Of a DNA stretch of 64,000 nt, positions 1 to 8,166 are shown one piece after another; position 1 is the stretch's first letter; every line of letters begins with the position of its first letter. Origin of the DNA: an uncultured Chloroflexia bacterium (GTDB lineage: Bacteria; Chloroflexota; Dehalococcoidia; Dehalococcoidales; UBA2162); the NCBI GenBank assembly GCA_963745605.1, contig CAVUYC010000015.1, positions 11,437 through 75,436 on the forward strand, read 5' to 3'. The notes beneath the pieces are model-generated. The model was given only the letters and a program-made list of their open reading frames with translations, had not been told where the DNA came from and did not search any database. The position numbers and the translations under genes are program-made.

Positions 1-2
1 TG

Positions 3-125
3 CTTAACGTCGAGGACCTGCCAGGCATACTGGGCGCGCCGAAGCTGGAGACCGATCACGAGCAGAACCGTAGTCTGCTCAAGCGCATAGCGGATGCCGT
101 CCAAAGGAGACACGATCAGCGTTAA
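3..125 (+). CDS. 3' end of a CDS entering the window (unknown product)
   Basis: Open frame LNVEDLPGILGAPKLETDHEQNRSLLKRIADAVQRRHDQR ending in TAA at 123-125, convergent with the next gene. Confidence 0.5.
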   Translation, partial: LNVEDLPGILGAPKLETDHEQNRSLLKRIADAVQRRHDQR

Positions 126-217
126 CCGCCGGCATACAGCCCACACGCCCATCGACACCATTCAGCCTGAGACTTTCACAGCGGCCCCGGCCAACGCCTT
201 TTACGGGAGCCCTTCTT

Positions 218-1498
218 TCAGTACTTGCCGAATTCTCTGGTGGCCTCGACCCAGGCCCTGACCAGTTCAGGCTTGCTTCCCGACATCTCGCCCACGCCGG
301 TGCTCATGATAAAACCTCCTCCCTTGCCCACGACTTCACACACCCTCCTGGTCCAGGAACGTACCTCTTCAACGCGCCCTCCCTGGAGCATCGAGTTCGG
401 CATTCCTCCCATGATACACATGGTCCGGCCGACGACTTCCTTTACCTTAAATATGTCACTACGTTGGAACCATCCGGCCGTCTTCGCTTTGGGCAGCTCA
501 GCGAGGTACTTGAGCCTTTGGTCCCAAACTCCCTCGTAAAACACCGATGGCATGATGCCAGCTTCGATGAGAGACATCATCATCCGCTTTAACTGCGGCC
601 AGTAGAACCTCTCGAACTGCGGGATGGAGAGAAAACCATCGGATCCTCTGTGCAAGGGGATGAAGGCCCGCTTGATCCCGGTTGCGCGGCTAAAGTCAAT
701 AGCAAACTTGAGTTGGAAGCGCAGAACTTTTTCTTCGGCAAGAAGGAGCTTTTCAGGCCGCTGCATGATATCAAGCATGATTCCGCGCATGCCCCGGAGC
801 GTGTCCGACATGAAATCGAACGGCGCCTCGACGATCGCCCCGCTGACGAAACCTGCGGGTATTCCTATTGCTTCCATTCGCCTGGTGTTCTGCTCCGAGA
901 GCTTCGAATTCTCGTCCACAATCCTGGCGGCTTTAGCGTATGCCTCAAACGCCGCGACTATGTCAGGAGCCATCAAGGCCCCCGCACCGAATATATTGTA
1001 GGTGCCGAACAAGTGCATACCCAGGGGCGGCAGTTTGGAAAAACCCTGCAGAGCACTGAATGCCCTTGGCAAGTAGACTCGGACTCCCCAATCTGACGGG
1101 TCCTCCAAAAGGTCGTCATAGTCGTCGGCCTTCATAAACTCGCTCTCAGCGAACTGGAACTCAGCATTTACGTCCAAACCGTGGCCTGGCCATTTCGTCA
1201 TCCTGTCCCCCAGCATCAAATGAGGCCTAGGGTCGGACGGTAAAGTGCCGAAAATGGTGTCGGGTTGAAAATCGAGAGCGGCCTTCTCGAGAAGCTCCTG
1301 TTGCTTCGCTGAATTCTCGACAAGCTCCTGTTTCGTAATACCTGCCATCTCGGCCAGCAAGTAGCTGACCGTAAGCTGGATGGGAATCCGGTCGGGCTGC
1401 CTCAGCTCCATGGCCGCCCTGAGCCGCGCCGACCGCTCATTGAATAGTTGCTCGCCTGATTTCCCGGAATCCGGATGTGAAATATCGAAGTTCGCCGT
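218..1498 (-). CDS. Uroporphyrinogen decarboxylase/MtaA-CmuA-like TIM-barrel protein; probable start upstream of the ATG at 1411
   Basis: PDRIP N-terminal motif, APFDFMSDTLRGMRG, PLHRGSDGF, FERFYWP, CIMGG; paralog of 10379-11719. Similarity to the paralog extends upstream of ATG 1411, and the frame stays open to an ACG at 1498 preceded by AGGAGG. Confidence 0.85.
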   Translation of the reverse strand, partial: TANFDISHPDSGKSGEQLFNERSARLRAAMELRQPDRIPIQLTVSYLLAEMAGITKQELVENSAKQQELLEKAALDFQPDTIFGTLPSDPRPHLMLGDRMTKWPGHGLDVNAEFQFAESEFMKADDYDDLLEDPSDWGVRVYLPRAFSALQGFSKLPPLGMHLFGTYNIFGAGALMAPDIVAAFEAYAKAARIVDENSKLSEQNTRRMEAIGIPAGFVSGAIVEAPFDFMSDTLRGMRGIMLDIMQRPEKLLLAEEKVLRFQLKFAIDFSRATGIKRAFIPLHRGSDGFLSIPQFERFYWPQLKRMMMSLIEAGIMPSVFYEGVWDQRLKYLAELPKAKTAGWFQRSDIFKVKEVVGRTMCIMGGMPNSMLQGGRVEEVRSWTRRVCEVVGKGGGFIMSTGVGEMSGSKPELVRAWVEATREFGKY

Positions 1499-1720
1499 TT
1501 GACCCTCCTATAGTCCGAGAGTTGATTTCGCGCCCGCATTATACTACCAGGGGTCTGTCGCGTCGAAACCAACGCCAACGCTACTCTTGTCTTCGCCCCG
1601 AGCATCGCAGCGAAATCGAATAAAAGGACTGGTTCGCAGCTATAACTGGATTCCGCTCTGATTGACACGTGCACCGGAATCTGGTTTACTCCTCGTGCTT
1701 TGAGATGAGTGACGAGCAAA

Positions 1721-2734
1721 ATGGTGATATCCTCAAGGGACATTTTCAAGAGCCTCTTTGAACCAAAGGACAAACCCAGGATGCCTTTCGTGCCCTGGGT
1801 TTGTTCATTTGCTGCGAGACTGGAGCAACTCCGCCTCGACGAAATGCTCGCAGACCCGGGGCTGCTGTCCTCAGCGCTTTTGAACGCACAGCAACTCTTT
1901 GGCTACGACGCGATCGTAACCGCTTTTGATACCACCCTGGAAGCAGAGTGCTTGGGCTGCGCTGTCGATTGGGGTGAAGATGGGTTTGCCCCCGTGGTGG
2001 TCTCACATCCCATCGAAGAAGGCGCCACCGTCCAGGATCTACAAGCCATAGAGATAACCAAAACGGGCAGGCTTCCTGCCATCGTCGAATCAACAAAGAG
2101 AATCAGAATCGTCCGCGGTGGAAAGGTCGCCGTGGTCGGCGTGGTCACCGGGCCTCTTACCCTGGCAAGGCATCTCGGTGGAGACTCATTTTGGGCTGGT
2201 ATCGAGGCGCGCGCCGATCACTCGGAAAAGGTACTGGCCTTTGCAGCAGGCACGGTTCTGAAAGTCTCCAGGCTATATTGTGAAGCCGGTGTTGACGCGA
2301 TCCTTTTGGCGGACGATGCCGTCGCCAAAGTTGACGCCCAAACATGCAATAGTCTGATAGCGCCCGTGAAGAGCGTCACGAACGTCGCCAGGTTCTACGG
2401 CGCACGTTCGATCTTGTTGCCTGGAGCAGTTACGTCCGACACTCTCGACGCCGTTCTTTCGTTGCCGGTTGATGCGATCGTGCTGCCACAATCGATGCCG
2501 CCTACGGGGACGACGGGAACTCGCGCCAGCAACCCAATCCTCGGCCTGGCAATACCAGACGAAGCGTTGACAAGTCCAGAGATCGCTTCAGGCTGGGCAA
2601 CCGGCGCTGATGGACTTGCTCGGAGTTCTTTCATTTCCACGAGTCGGGACGTACCATCATCGGCGTCCGTTACCGCCATGCGAGCGCTTGCAGACTTCTT
2701 CCTGACACACAACGACAGCCCCAAACCCGCCTGA
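1721..2734 (+). CDS. Uroporphyrinogen decarboxylase/MtaA-like family protein (divergent)
   Basis: RMPFVP, FDTTLEAECLGC, GVVTGPLTLA, EAGVDAILLAD motifs typical of the URO-D/MT2 fold; start 1709 or 1721. Confidence 0.75.
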   Translation: MVISSRDIFKSLFEPKDKPRMPFVPWVCSFAARLEQLRLDEMLADPGLLSSALLNAQQLFGYDAIVTAFDTTLEAECLGCAVDWGEDGFAPVVVSHPIEEGATVQDLQAIEITKTGRLPAIVESTKRIRIVRGGKVAVVGVVTGPLTLARHLGGDSFWAGIEARADHSEKVLAFAAGTVLKVSRLYCEAGVDAILLADDAVAKVDAQTCNSLIAPVKSVTNVARFYGARSILLPGAVTSDTLDAVLSLPVDAIVLPQSMPPTGTTGTRASNPILGLAIPDEALTSPEIASGWATGADGLARSSFISTSRDVPSSASVTAMRALADFFLTHNDSPKPA

Positions 2735-2839
2735 TCGTGATCGCCCCGTAGGGCCCACCCTCCAGATGATAAGGAATCTGGCCTTCTCGAGGCGATGGCC
2801 CTGTTGGCCAACGTGCCCCGTCGCAGAGTAAAGCTCGAT

Positions 2840-4018
2840 TCAGTTTGCGACGGACTGACGGACTACCTCAGCAACGTCGAAGACCTGCAGTCTGCTGCCG
2901 CTCTCTTTTACCGCGTCCTTGAAATTGCGCTCACACCAGGGGCAGCTTGTGACAATGGCCTCTGCTCCAGTCTGTTCGGCCTCCTTGAGGCGCTCGTTGG
3001 CCGTCCACAGCGCGAGTTCCGGGTTAGCCTGGCTCACTCCCCCTCCCGCCCCACAACACCAGGCGTTCTCTCTAATCCTCCCCATTTCAATCAGTTGAAC
3101 TCCAGGAACGCGTCGCAGAATATTCCGAGGAGGGTCATAAAGCGGAACAGCGAGATGCCGGCCAATATGGCACGGATCGTGGTACGTCACTCTCATGTTC
3201 AATTTGCGCGAAAGGTTGAGCTTGCCTTTTTCCAGCAACTCCTCCAAAAAGGTCACGGAGTGAACGACACGTGGTTTCACTGTGACACCGAACCGTGGGT
3301 ATAGATTCTTGAAGAAGCTGTACCCATCGGAGCACGAAGTCACCACAGTACTGACCCCGATGCTGTTAAAGGTTTCGGCACTATGCTGTGCATATTTCTG
3401 AAACTCGCCAAGATAACCGGTCTCGAACGCACGCCCGCCGCAACAACTCTCCTGGTTGCCCATGATACCCAAGTCCACCCCGGCATTCTCAAGTAAGTCG
3501 ATCATGTTCCGGGGCACGACTGCCAGATCAGCGTCGAAAGATAACATGCAACCTGCATGGAAGAGGACTTCGACTCTCTCCTCCGCCGCATTCTTGACCT
3601 TCAGACCGCGGGCCCAGGAATCACGCTGGGCCTTCGGCAGTCCGAATACGTTATCCTCACCCCGTAATCCGTAGTACATCTGCATATACCCAGGGTTGAA
3701 CAGTCCCCTGGTTACGGCCTCAGTCCGCAAAGCCTGAACGATCTCGAATATGTGCTGATGGTGGTATACCCCGCATTGCTGCTCGCATGACAGACATGCA
3801 GTGCACGAGTAGACCCGGTCTCGAAGCTCTTCATCAGAAAGGGAGAGCACTCCTTCTTGAATTCCACGAGCGATGAAGACCTTGCCGGAAGGAAAATAGG
3901 ATTCTACCTGGTACCTTTCGCCAGATGGACAAGCAGGAACAAAACTGTTGAGCACATCCTTGCAAGTCCCGCAGTGGGTACATGCCCATAACCATTCCCT
4001 CACAGAATCTAGAGTCAT
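2840..4018 (-). CDS. (Fe-S)-binding CCG-domain oxidoreductase subunit (GlcF/HdrD-like)
   Basis: CTHCGTC...CP and CTACLSCEQQC ferredoxin motifs; two CCG domains (SCCGG, YHDPCHIGR, WCCGAGGG, TSCPWC); SD AAGGAGGT. Confidence 0.9.
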   Translation of the reverse strand: MTLDSVREWLWACTHCGTCKDVLNSFVPACPSGERYQVESYFPSGKVFIARGIQEGVLSLSDEELRDRVYSCTACLSCEQQCGVYHHQHIFEIVQALRTEAVTRGLFNPGYMQMYYGLRGEDNVFGLPKAQRDSWARGLKVKNAAEERVEVLFHAGCMLSFDADLAVVPRNMIDLLENAGVDLGIMGNQESCCGGRAFETGYLGEFQKYAQHSAETFNSIGVSTVVTSCSDGYSFFKNLYPRFGVTVKPRVVHSVTFLEELLEKGKLNLSRKLNMRVTYHDPCHIGRHLAVPLYDPPRNILRRVPGVQLIEMGRIRENAWCCGAGGGVSQANPELALWTANERLKEAEQTGAEAIVTSCPWCERNFKDAVKESGSRLQVFDVAEVVRQSVAN

Positions 4019-4045
4019 GAGACCTCCTTTTCCAATCCCGACTAA

Positions 4046-5491
4046 CTAGGCCGGAGCGCCCCACCGTCCCGGGTTAAACGTGTCGTTCGGGTCCAACATT
4101 CTTTTAACTTTTCGGTGGAACTCAACCCATTCCGGGCCAGCTCTGTCCTCGATCTTTCTGATCGCCCAGGCCGGGGTCTTGTACGGAACGAAACCCATGT
4201 CCAGTACCATATCCATCTGCTCACGGCAAAGGGCGGTTACCCTGTCGACCATCTTGTGGTCCTCTTTATCGAACGGGAGCATCCACCTTAGCCCTACAAA
4301 GTGTCCTTCACTCATGACCCTCGTGTAACAGCTTCTACTCAGGTTGTACTTGTCCTCAAGCTCACAACCTTTCTCAACCGTCTTAAGCCACCGGCTCATT
4401 GGACCATAGCATCCGACCCAGGTTAAGCCACCACCCGAGCTGAGAACAGGAAGAGTCTGCATGGGAAACCGGGCAGTAGTGCTCGGCGTGGCTGGGGCGG
4501 AGCTTATCCCTTGTCCGTTCAACTCGTTTTCCACAACTCCGGTTATGACGCCGATCTTAGCCTTCAACTCAGCCTCCGTATTGCCCGACACCTCCAACGA
4601 TGCCGTAAACTCGGGCTCGCCCACCTGTCTGGCGAGCGCGGGAAAGAGAGATGCCTTCTTGTGCTCCATGGCAATTCTGGAGACCTTTCCGAGAGCATAG
4701 GAGGTACCAATGAGGTCGTCAGGGACACGCGTTCTAGAGATCGCACGGAAGAACTCATAGGCTCCCTTGAGCCCGTCGAACTGATAGTGAAGACTGCTCG
4801 CAAATTTGGGCTTAGGCCAAAGGCTCACCGCCATCTTCGTAATGATCCCGGTAGTTCCCTGCCACCCAAGAAATAACCCGGCCAACTCTGGAAAGGGCAC
4901 AATGCTTTGCCAGCTGCTACTCACAGAACAGGAACCCAGCCTTATCAACTCGCCGGATGACAGCAGCACTTCCAGCCCACTCACCCAGTGCGAGGCAGTG
5001 CCGTATCTAAACGACAGATTGTCCAGTCCCTGAAGAAGTGAGTTGGTGACTACTCCAGTAGAGGGAGGTGAGAAAGCATACGTGTAAACAAGGTCGGGAT
5101 GGTTCTTTTCCAGATACGCCTTAATAAGGCCAAACGTGACCCCCGGCTCTACCACGGCATACATATCGATGTCGTTGACCTCAAGAATGCGGTCCATCCG
5201 TTTCAAATCGAGAAGAATCCCCCCCTTTAAGGGAATGGCCAGCCCGCCGATATTGCCTCCTGCGACGTAAGGTGTGACTGGAACGTGCATTTCATCAGCT
5301 ACTTTGACAACGGCCACCAACTCGTCCAACGATGCCGGCAAGACTGCGAGGTCGGGCCACACCGGGTCAGCCTGGGTCAAGTCCTGCGAGTAGATATACA
5401 GATCGGAGCGGTTTGTTGTGACAAATCGCTTGCCGACGAGGGCCTCAAGTCGAAGAATCAACTGTTTGAGCGACTCAGCATTCGAAATCAT
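4046..5491 (-). CDS. FAD-binding oxidoreductase (GlcD/D-lactate dehydrogenase-like)
   Basis: GGILLDLKRMDRILEV, VEPGVT, QGTTGIITK, C-terminal LDPNDTFNPG; GGAGG before ATG 5491; cotranscribed with the Fe-S gene. Confidence 0.88.
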   Translation of the reverse strand: MISNAESLKQLILRLEALVGKRFVTTNRSDLYIYSQDLTQADPVWPDLAVLPASLDELVAVVKVADEMHVPVTPYVAGGNIGGLAIPLKGGILLDLKRMDRILEVNDIDMYAVVEPGVTFGLIKAYLEKNHPDLVYTYAFSPPSTGVVTNSLLQGLDNLSFRYGTASHWVSGLEVLLSSGELIRLGSCSVSSSWQSIVPFPELAGLFLGWQGTTGIITKMAVSLWPKPKFASSLHYQFDGLKGAYEFFRAISRTRVPDDLIGTSYALGKVSRIAMEHKKASLFPALARQVGEPEFTASLEVSGNTEAELKAKIGVITGVVENELNGQGISSAPATPSTTARFPMQTLPVLSSGGGLTWVGCYGPMSRWLKTVEKGCELEDKYNLSRSCYTRVMSEGHFVGLRWMLPFDKEDHKMVDRVTALCREQMDMVLDMGFVPYKTPAWAIRKIEDRAGPEWVEFHRKVKRMLDPNDTFNPGRWGAPA

Positions 5492-5665
5492 ACGTCCTCC
5501 AACCACTGCAATTCTAAGGATGTAACTGGCGGCCTTCGCAAGACGCTGGCCAAGGGTAACACTCTCATTCAAGAGCGTCAATGATTCCCGGGCTTACCAT
5601 ACAGCCTCGAGTGTTCGTTCCACACGGACTCGGGGAGTATAATGGTGCGAGGAAGAGGTGATGGC

Positions 5666-6580
5666 ATGGATGAGCAAGAGGCTCTGACAATTGAGAACAA
5701 ACCAGCACTGCGGAAACCGTACATAGTCTGCGGAATCGACGGCTGGGTAAATGGCGGCGATGTTTCGACCGGCGGCCTCGACTACCTGATCAGGCACCTT
5801 AAGGCGGTCAAATTCGCCCACATTAACACAACTCGCTTTCACGTTTACCAGGTCCCCGGAGCCGAAGGCCTTCGTCCTTTCTTTAAGATGGAGGACGGGC
5901 TAATTGTAGAGACCACGATGCCCAAGGATCAGTTCTACTACTCTCTCAATCCGAACTCTGAGCACGACTTGATCCTCTTCACCGGAACCGAGCCCAATTT
6001 GCACTGGGAAGAGTATACCGACTCAATTGTGAATCTCGCTGCCGACTTCGGCGCGGTAGGTCTCTATACCTTCGGCGGCATTCTCGATCGCAGCCCCTAT
6101 ACCCGGTCCCCCAGGGTCTCGTGCACCTGCACCGACGCCAGAACAAAGGCAGAGATGGAAGGCTATAACGTCTCGTTTTCCAGCCGACAGGGAGCGGCAA
6201 GCTTCAACCTTATGCTCCTTTACGCCTGCAAGAAGAGACAATTGAGCGGCGCCAACCTCACTGTCAGAGTGCCCTACTACCCAGAATTCAATGTTGCCAT
6301 CGAATATGGCTCCAAGTCGGTCAAGGCAGTTCTAGCCCGGCTGGACCACCTCCTTCAATTGGACCTTGATTTCGCTGAGCTCGATCAGGTTACATCCGAA
6401 CTGGAAGGCAAGCTGGACTTTGTCCGTCAGCAGAATGCACAGTTCAATGCCTACATCGAAGAACTGGAGAAGCACTATGTCGAGATGCCATATGAGGGCC
6501 AGTTGGATCTATCTGCCAAAGATGCCGTGAAATTCGCCGAGGAATTTCTCAAGGGACACAAGGACAAGCCCAACAGCTGA
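5666..6580 (+). CDS. PAC2 (proteasome assembly chaperone) family protein
   Basis: GIDGWVNGG, GTEPNLHWEEY, VPYY motifs and C-terminal YIEELEKHY...EEFL; TATAAT at 5638-5643 favours the ATG at 5666. Confidence 0.85.
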   Translation: MDEQEALTIENKPALRKPYIVCGIDGWVNGGDVSTGGLDYLIRHLKAVKFAHINTTRFHVYQVPGAEGLRPFFKMEDGLIVETTMPKDQFYYSLNPNSEHDLILFTGTEPNLHWEEYTDSIVNLAADFGAVGLYTFGGILDRSPYTRSPRVSCTCTDARTKAEMEGYNVSFSSRQGAASFNLMLLYACKKRQLSGANLTVRVPYYPEFNVAIEYGSKSVKAVLARLDHLLQLDLDFAELDQVTSELEGKLDFVRQQNAQFNAYIEELEKHYVEMPYEGQLDLSAKDAVKFAEEFLKGHKDKPNS

Positions 6581-6601
6581 GCAACGCAGGGGAGATTTGC
6601 C

Positions 6602-7219
6602 GTGCCAGAATCCTTTAGATTGGTCTTTTATTCCGACTTCATATGACCCTTCTGCTACGTCGCTGAGCGATCCAGCCTGGTCAGGTTGGAGAAGGAATAT
6701 GACGTCCGGATAGATTGGCGAGGTTTTGAACTCCATCCAGAAACACCCATGGGGGGGATCGATCTTAGCAAGATACACCCTGGTGGGGGAACTCCCGGAA
6801 TGACTCAATACCTTGAAAGGTTTGCCGAGAGTTTCGGCGTGACCGGCATGAAATTTTCGAAGCGCATGCCGAATACGAGAAAGGCACTCGCGGTTGCGGA
6901 GTACGCGGTGGAACACGGCCAACTGGATGTCTTCCGTTCCCTGATGATGGACGCCCACTGGAAGGACAGCCGCGACATCGAGGATGGCGCAGTACTCTCG
7001 GAAATAGCCGCCCGGTCGGGCCTCAGCGGTCAAGGTGCACTCGATGCTGCTAGTGACCCGACCTACATCAAACGAGTCTTAGATATAAGGTCAGAGTACA
7101 AGGCGGTCGGCACGGGCGGCATCCCTACCTTCGTGTTCGGAACTGCAGCCGTCGAGGGATGCCAGCGCTACGAAGTCCTCGCTGAAGCAGCTCGACAAGC
7201 TGGCGCCGAACCCAGGTAG
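6602..7219 (+). CDS. DsbA/FrnE-like thiol-disulfide oxidoreductase, selenoprotein (U-P-F-C; TGA at 6644-6646)
   Basis: GTG 6602 with GGAG SD reads MPESFRLVFYSDFI-TGA-PFCYVAE, in frame with ORF 6686-7219 (WRGFELHPETP, GIPTFVF). TGA occupies the first Cys of the CxxC motif; hairpins follow. Confidence 0.9.
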
Positions 7220-7220
7220 G

Positions 7221-7988
7221 TCACTTGCTCTTTGCCTTACTCCTGGCTGATTTCTTAGGTTTTGCAGAAATCACCGCTTCTGGCAAATCCTGCAATACAC
7301 CGTGCTTCTCGGAAGCTCCGAGCTTCTGAATCAACTCGACTGAGGTTGCCTGCATTCCCTTCTCGCCCAACTCGCTGGAGTAACTCACCCCGGAACCGAG
7401 CGTCAAGTCCTCCCACCGTCCATGCAGGACGCTGTTCTTGTGAAAATACACGTCTTCACCGGTCGCGCTTCGCAAGAACCCATACCCGTGCTCCCGGTCA
7501 AGCCTCTCGACAAGACCGTTCCTGCTTGCCGTTGCTGAAGTCTTGACCTCGTATCTCTGCTTGTCAACCGCCTTTTCGAGCTCTCTCTGAGCTGAGTCAA
7601 AGCTACGTCTGATTAGCGTGACTATCGGTTCCTCACGGAACGATGAGCGAGGCTCAGCCACGCGCCGTGGGGTCCTCGGCGTCACCTCCTCAACGTCGCC
7701 TTCGGGCGTTTCCTCAATTTGCGTTGCAGAGTCTCCCCCAGGGCCGCGTTTGAAAGCCTTAGAGTGTCGCTCAACGACGATCTCGGGCCGGCCTGCCATT
7801 CTGACTGCTATCCTCATACGATAGGGATTTCCGGTTTGGTGCCTTCCCTGCTCCTGCTCCAGCGCGATGTGTGCACTGATTATGTGATCGCATACCTGTT
7901 CCAGACGTCCAATTCCTCGCGAAATCATCTCATCCAAACGGGGCGTTAGTTTCATTCCTTTGACGGTAAGCTCGGGTTCTAGCTGCAC
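7221..7988 (-). CDS. HPF/RaiA ribosome-associated domain fused to a cold-shock domain
   Basis: N-terminal HPF-like region; C-terminal GYGFL, VYFHKNSV, GEKGMQATSV cold-shock motifs; SD AGGAGGT. Confidence 0.85.
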   Translation of the reverse strand: MQLEPELTVKGMKLTPRLDEMISRGIGRLEQVCDHIISAHIALEQEQGRHQTGNPYRMRIAVRMAGRPEIVVERHSKAFKRGPGGDSATQIEETPEGDVEEVTPRTPRRVAEPRSSFREEPIVTLIRRSFDSAQRELEKAVDKQRYEVKTSATASRNGLVERLDREHGYGFLRSATGEDVYFHKNSVLHGRWEDLTLGSGVSYSSELGEKGMQATSVELIQKLGASEKHGVLQDLPEAVISAKPKKSARSKAKSK

Positions 7989-8166
7989 AATCTACCTCCT
8001 AACGTTCCTGGCTAAAGAATAACATGGAAGACGTTACATCTCAGCATCTCCGTTCATATAAGTATAGAACCCACCGCGGCCCGCGGCAGAGGGAGACAGT
8101 CATGGAAACTGGTATGAATCAGACGCGACGCCAGGCGCAATCACACCCGAGTGCTTCTGCCAAAAA

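Noticed and set aside
1510-1720. Cobalamin riboswitch between the divergent UroD/MtaA-like genes
   Set aside because: No B12-box or other recognisable conserved elements; only promoter-like hexamers
4018-4048. FAD oxidoreductase TAG is in frame with the downstream Fe-S gene (possible pyrrolysine/readthrough fusion)
   Set aside because: The downstream ATG has its own strong SD (AAGGAGGT) and the upstream protein ends at the normal NPG-type C-terminus
6578-6604. PAC2 TGA is in frame with the DsbA-like gene 21 nt downstream
   Set aside because: The TGA is not at a Cys-like conserved site, PAC2 appears complete, and the GTG has a GGAG SD
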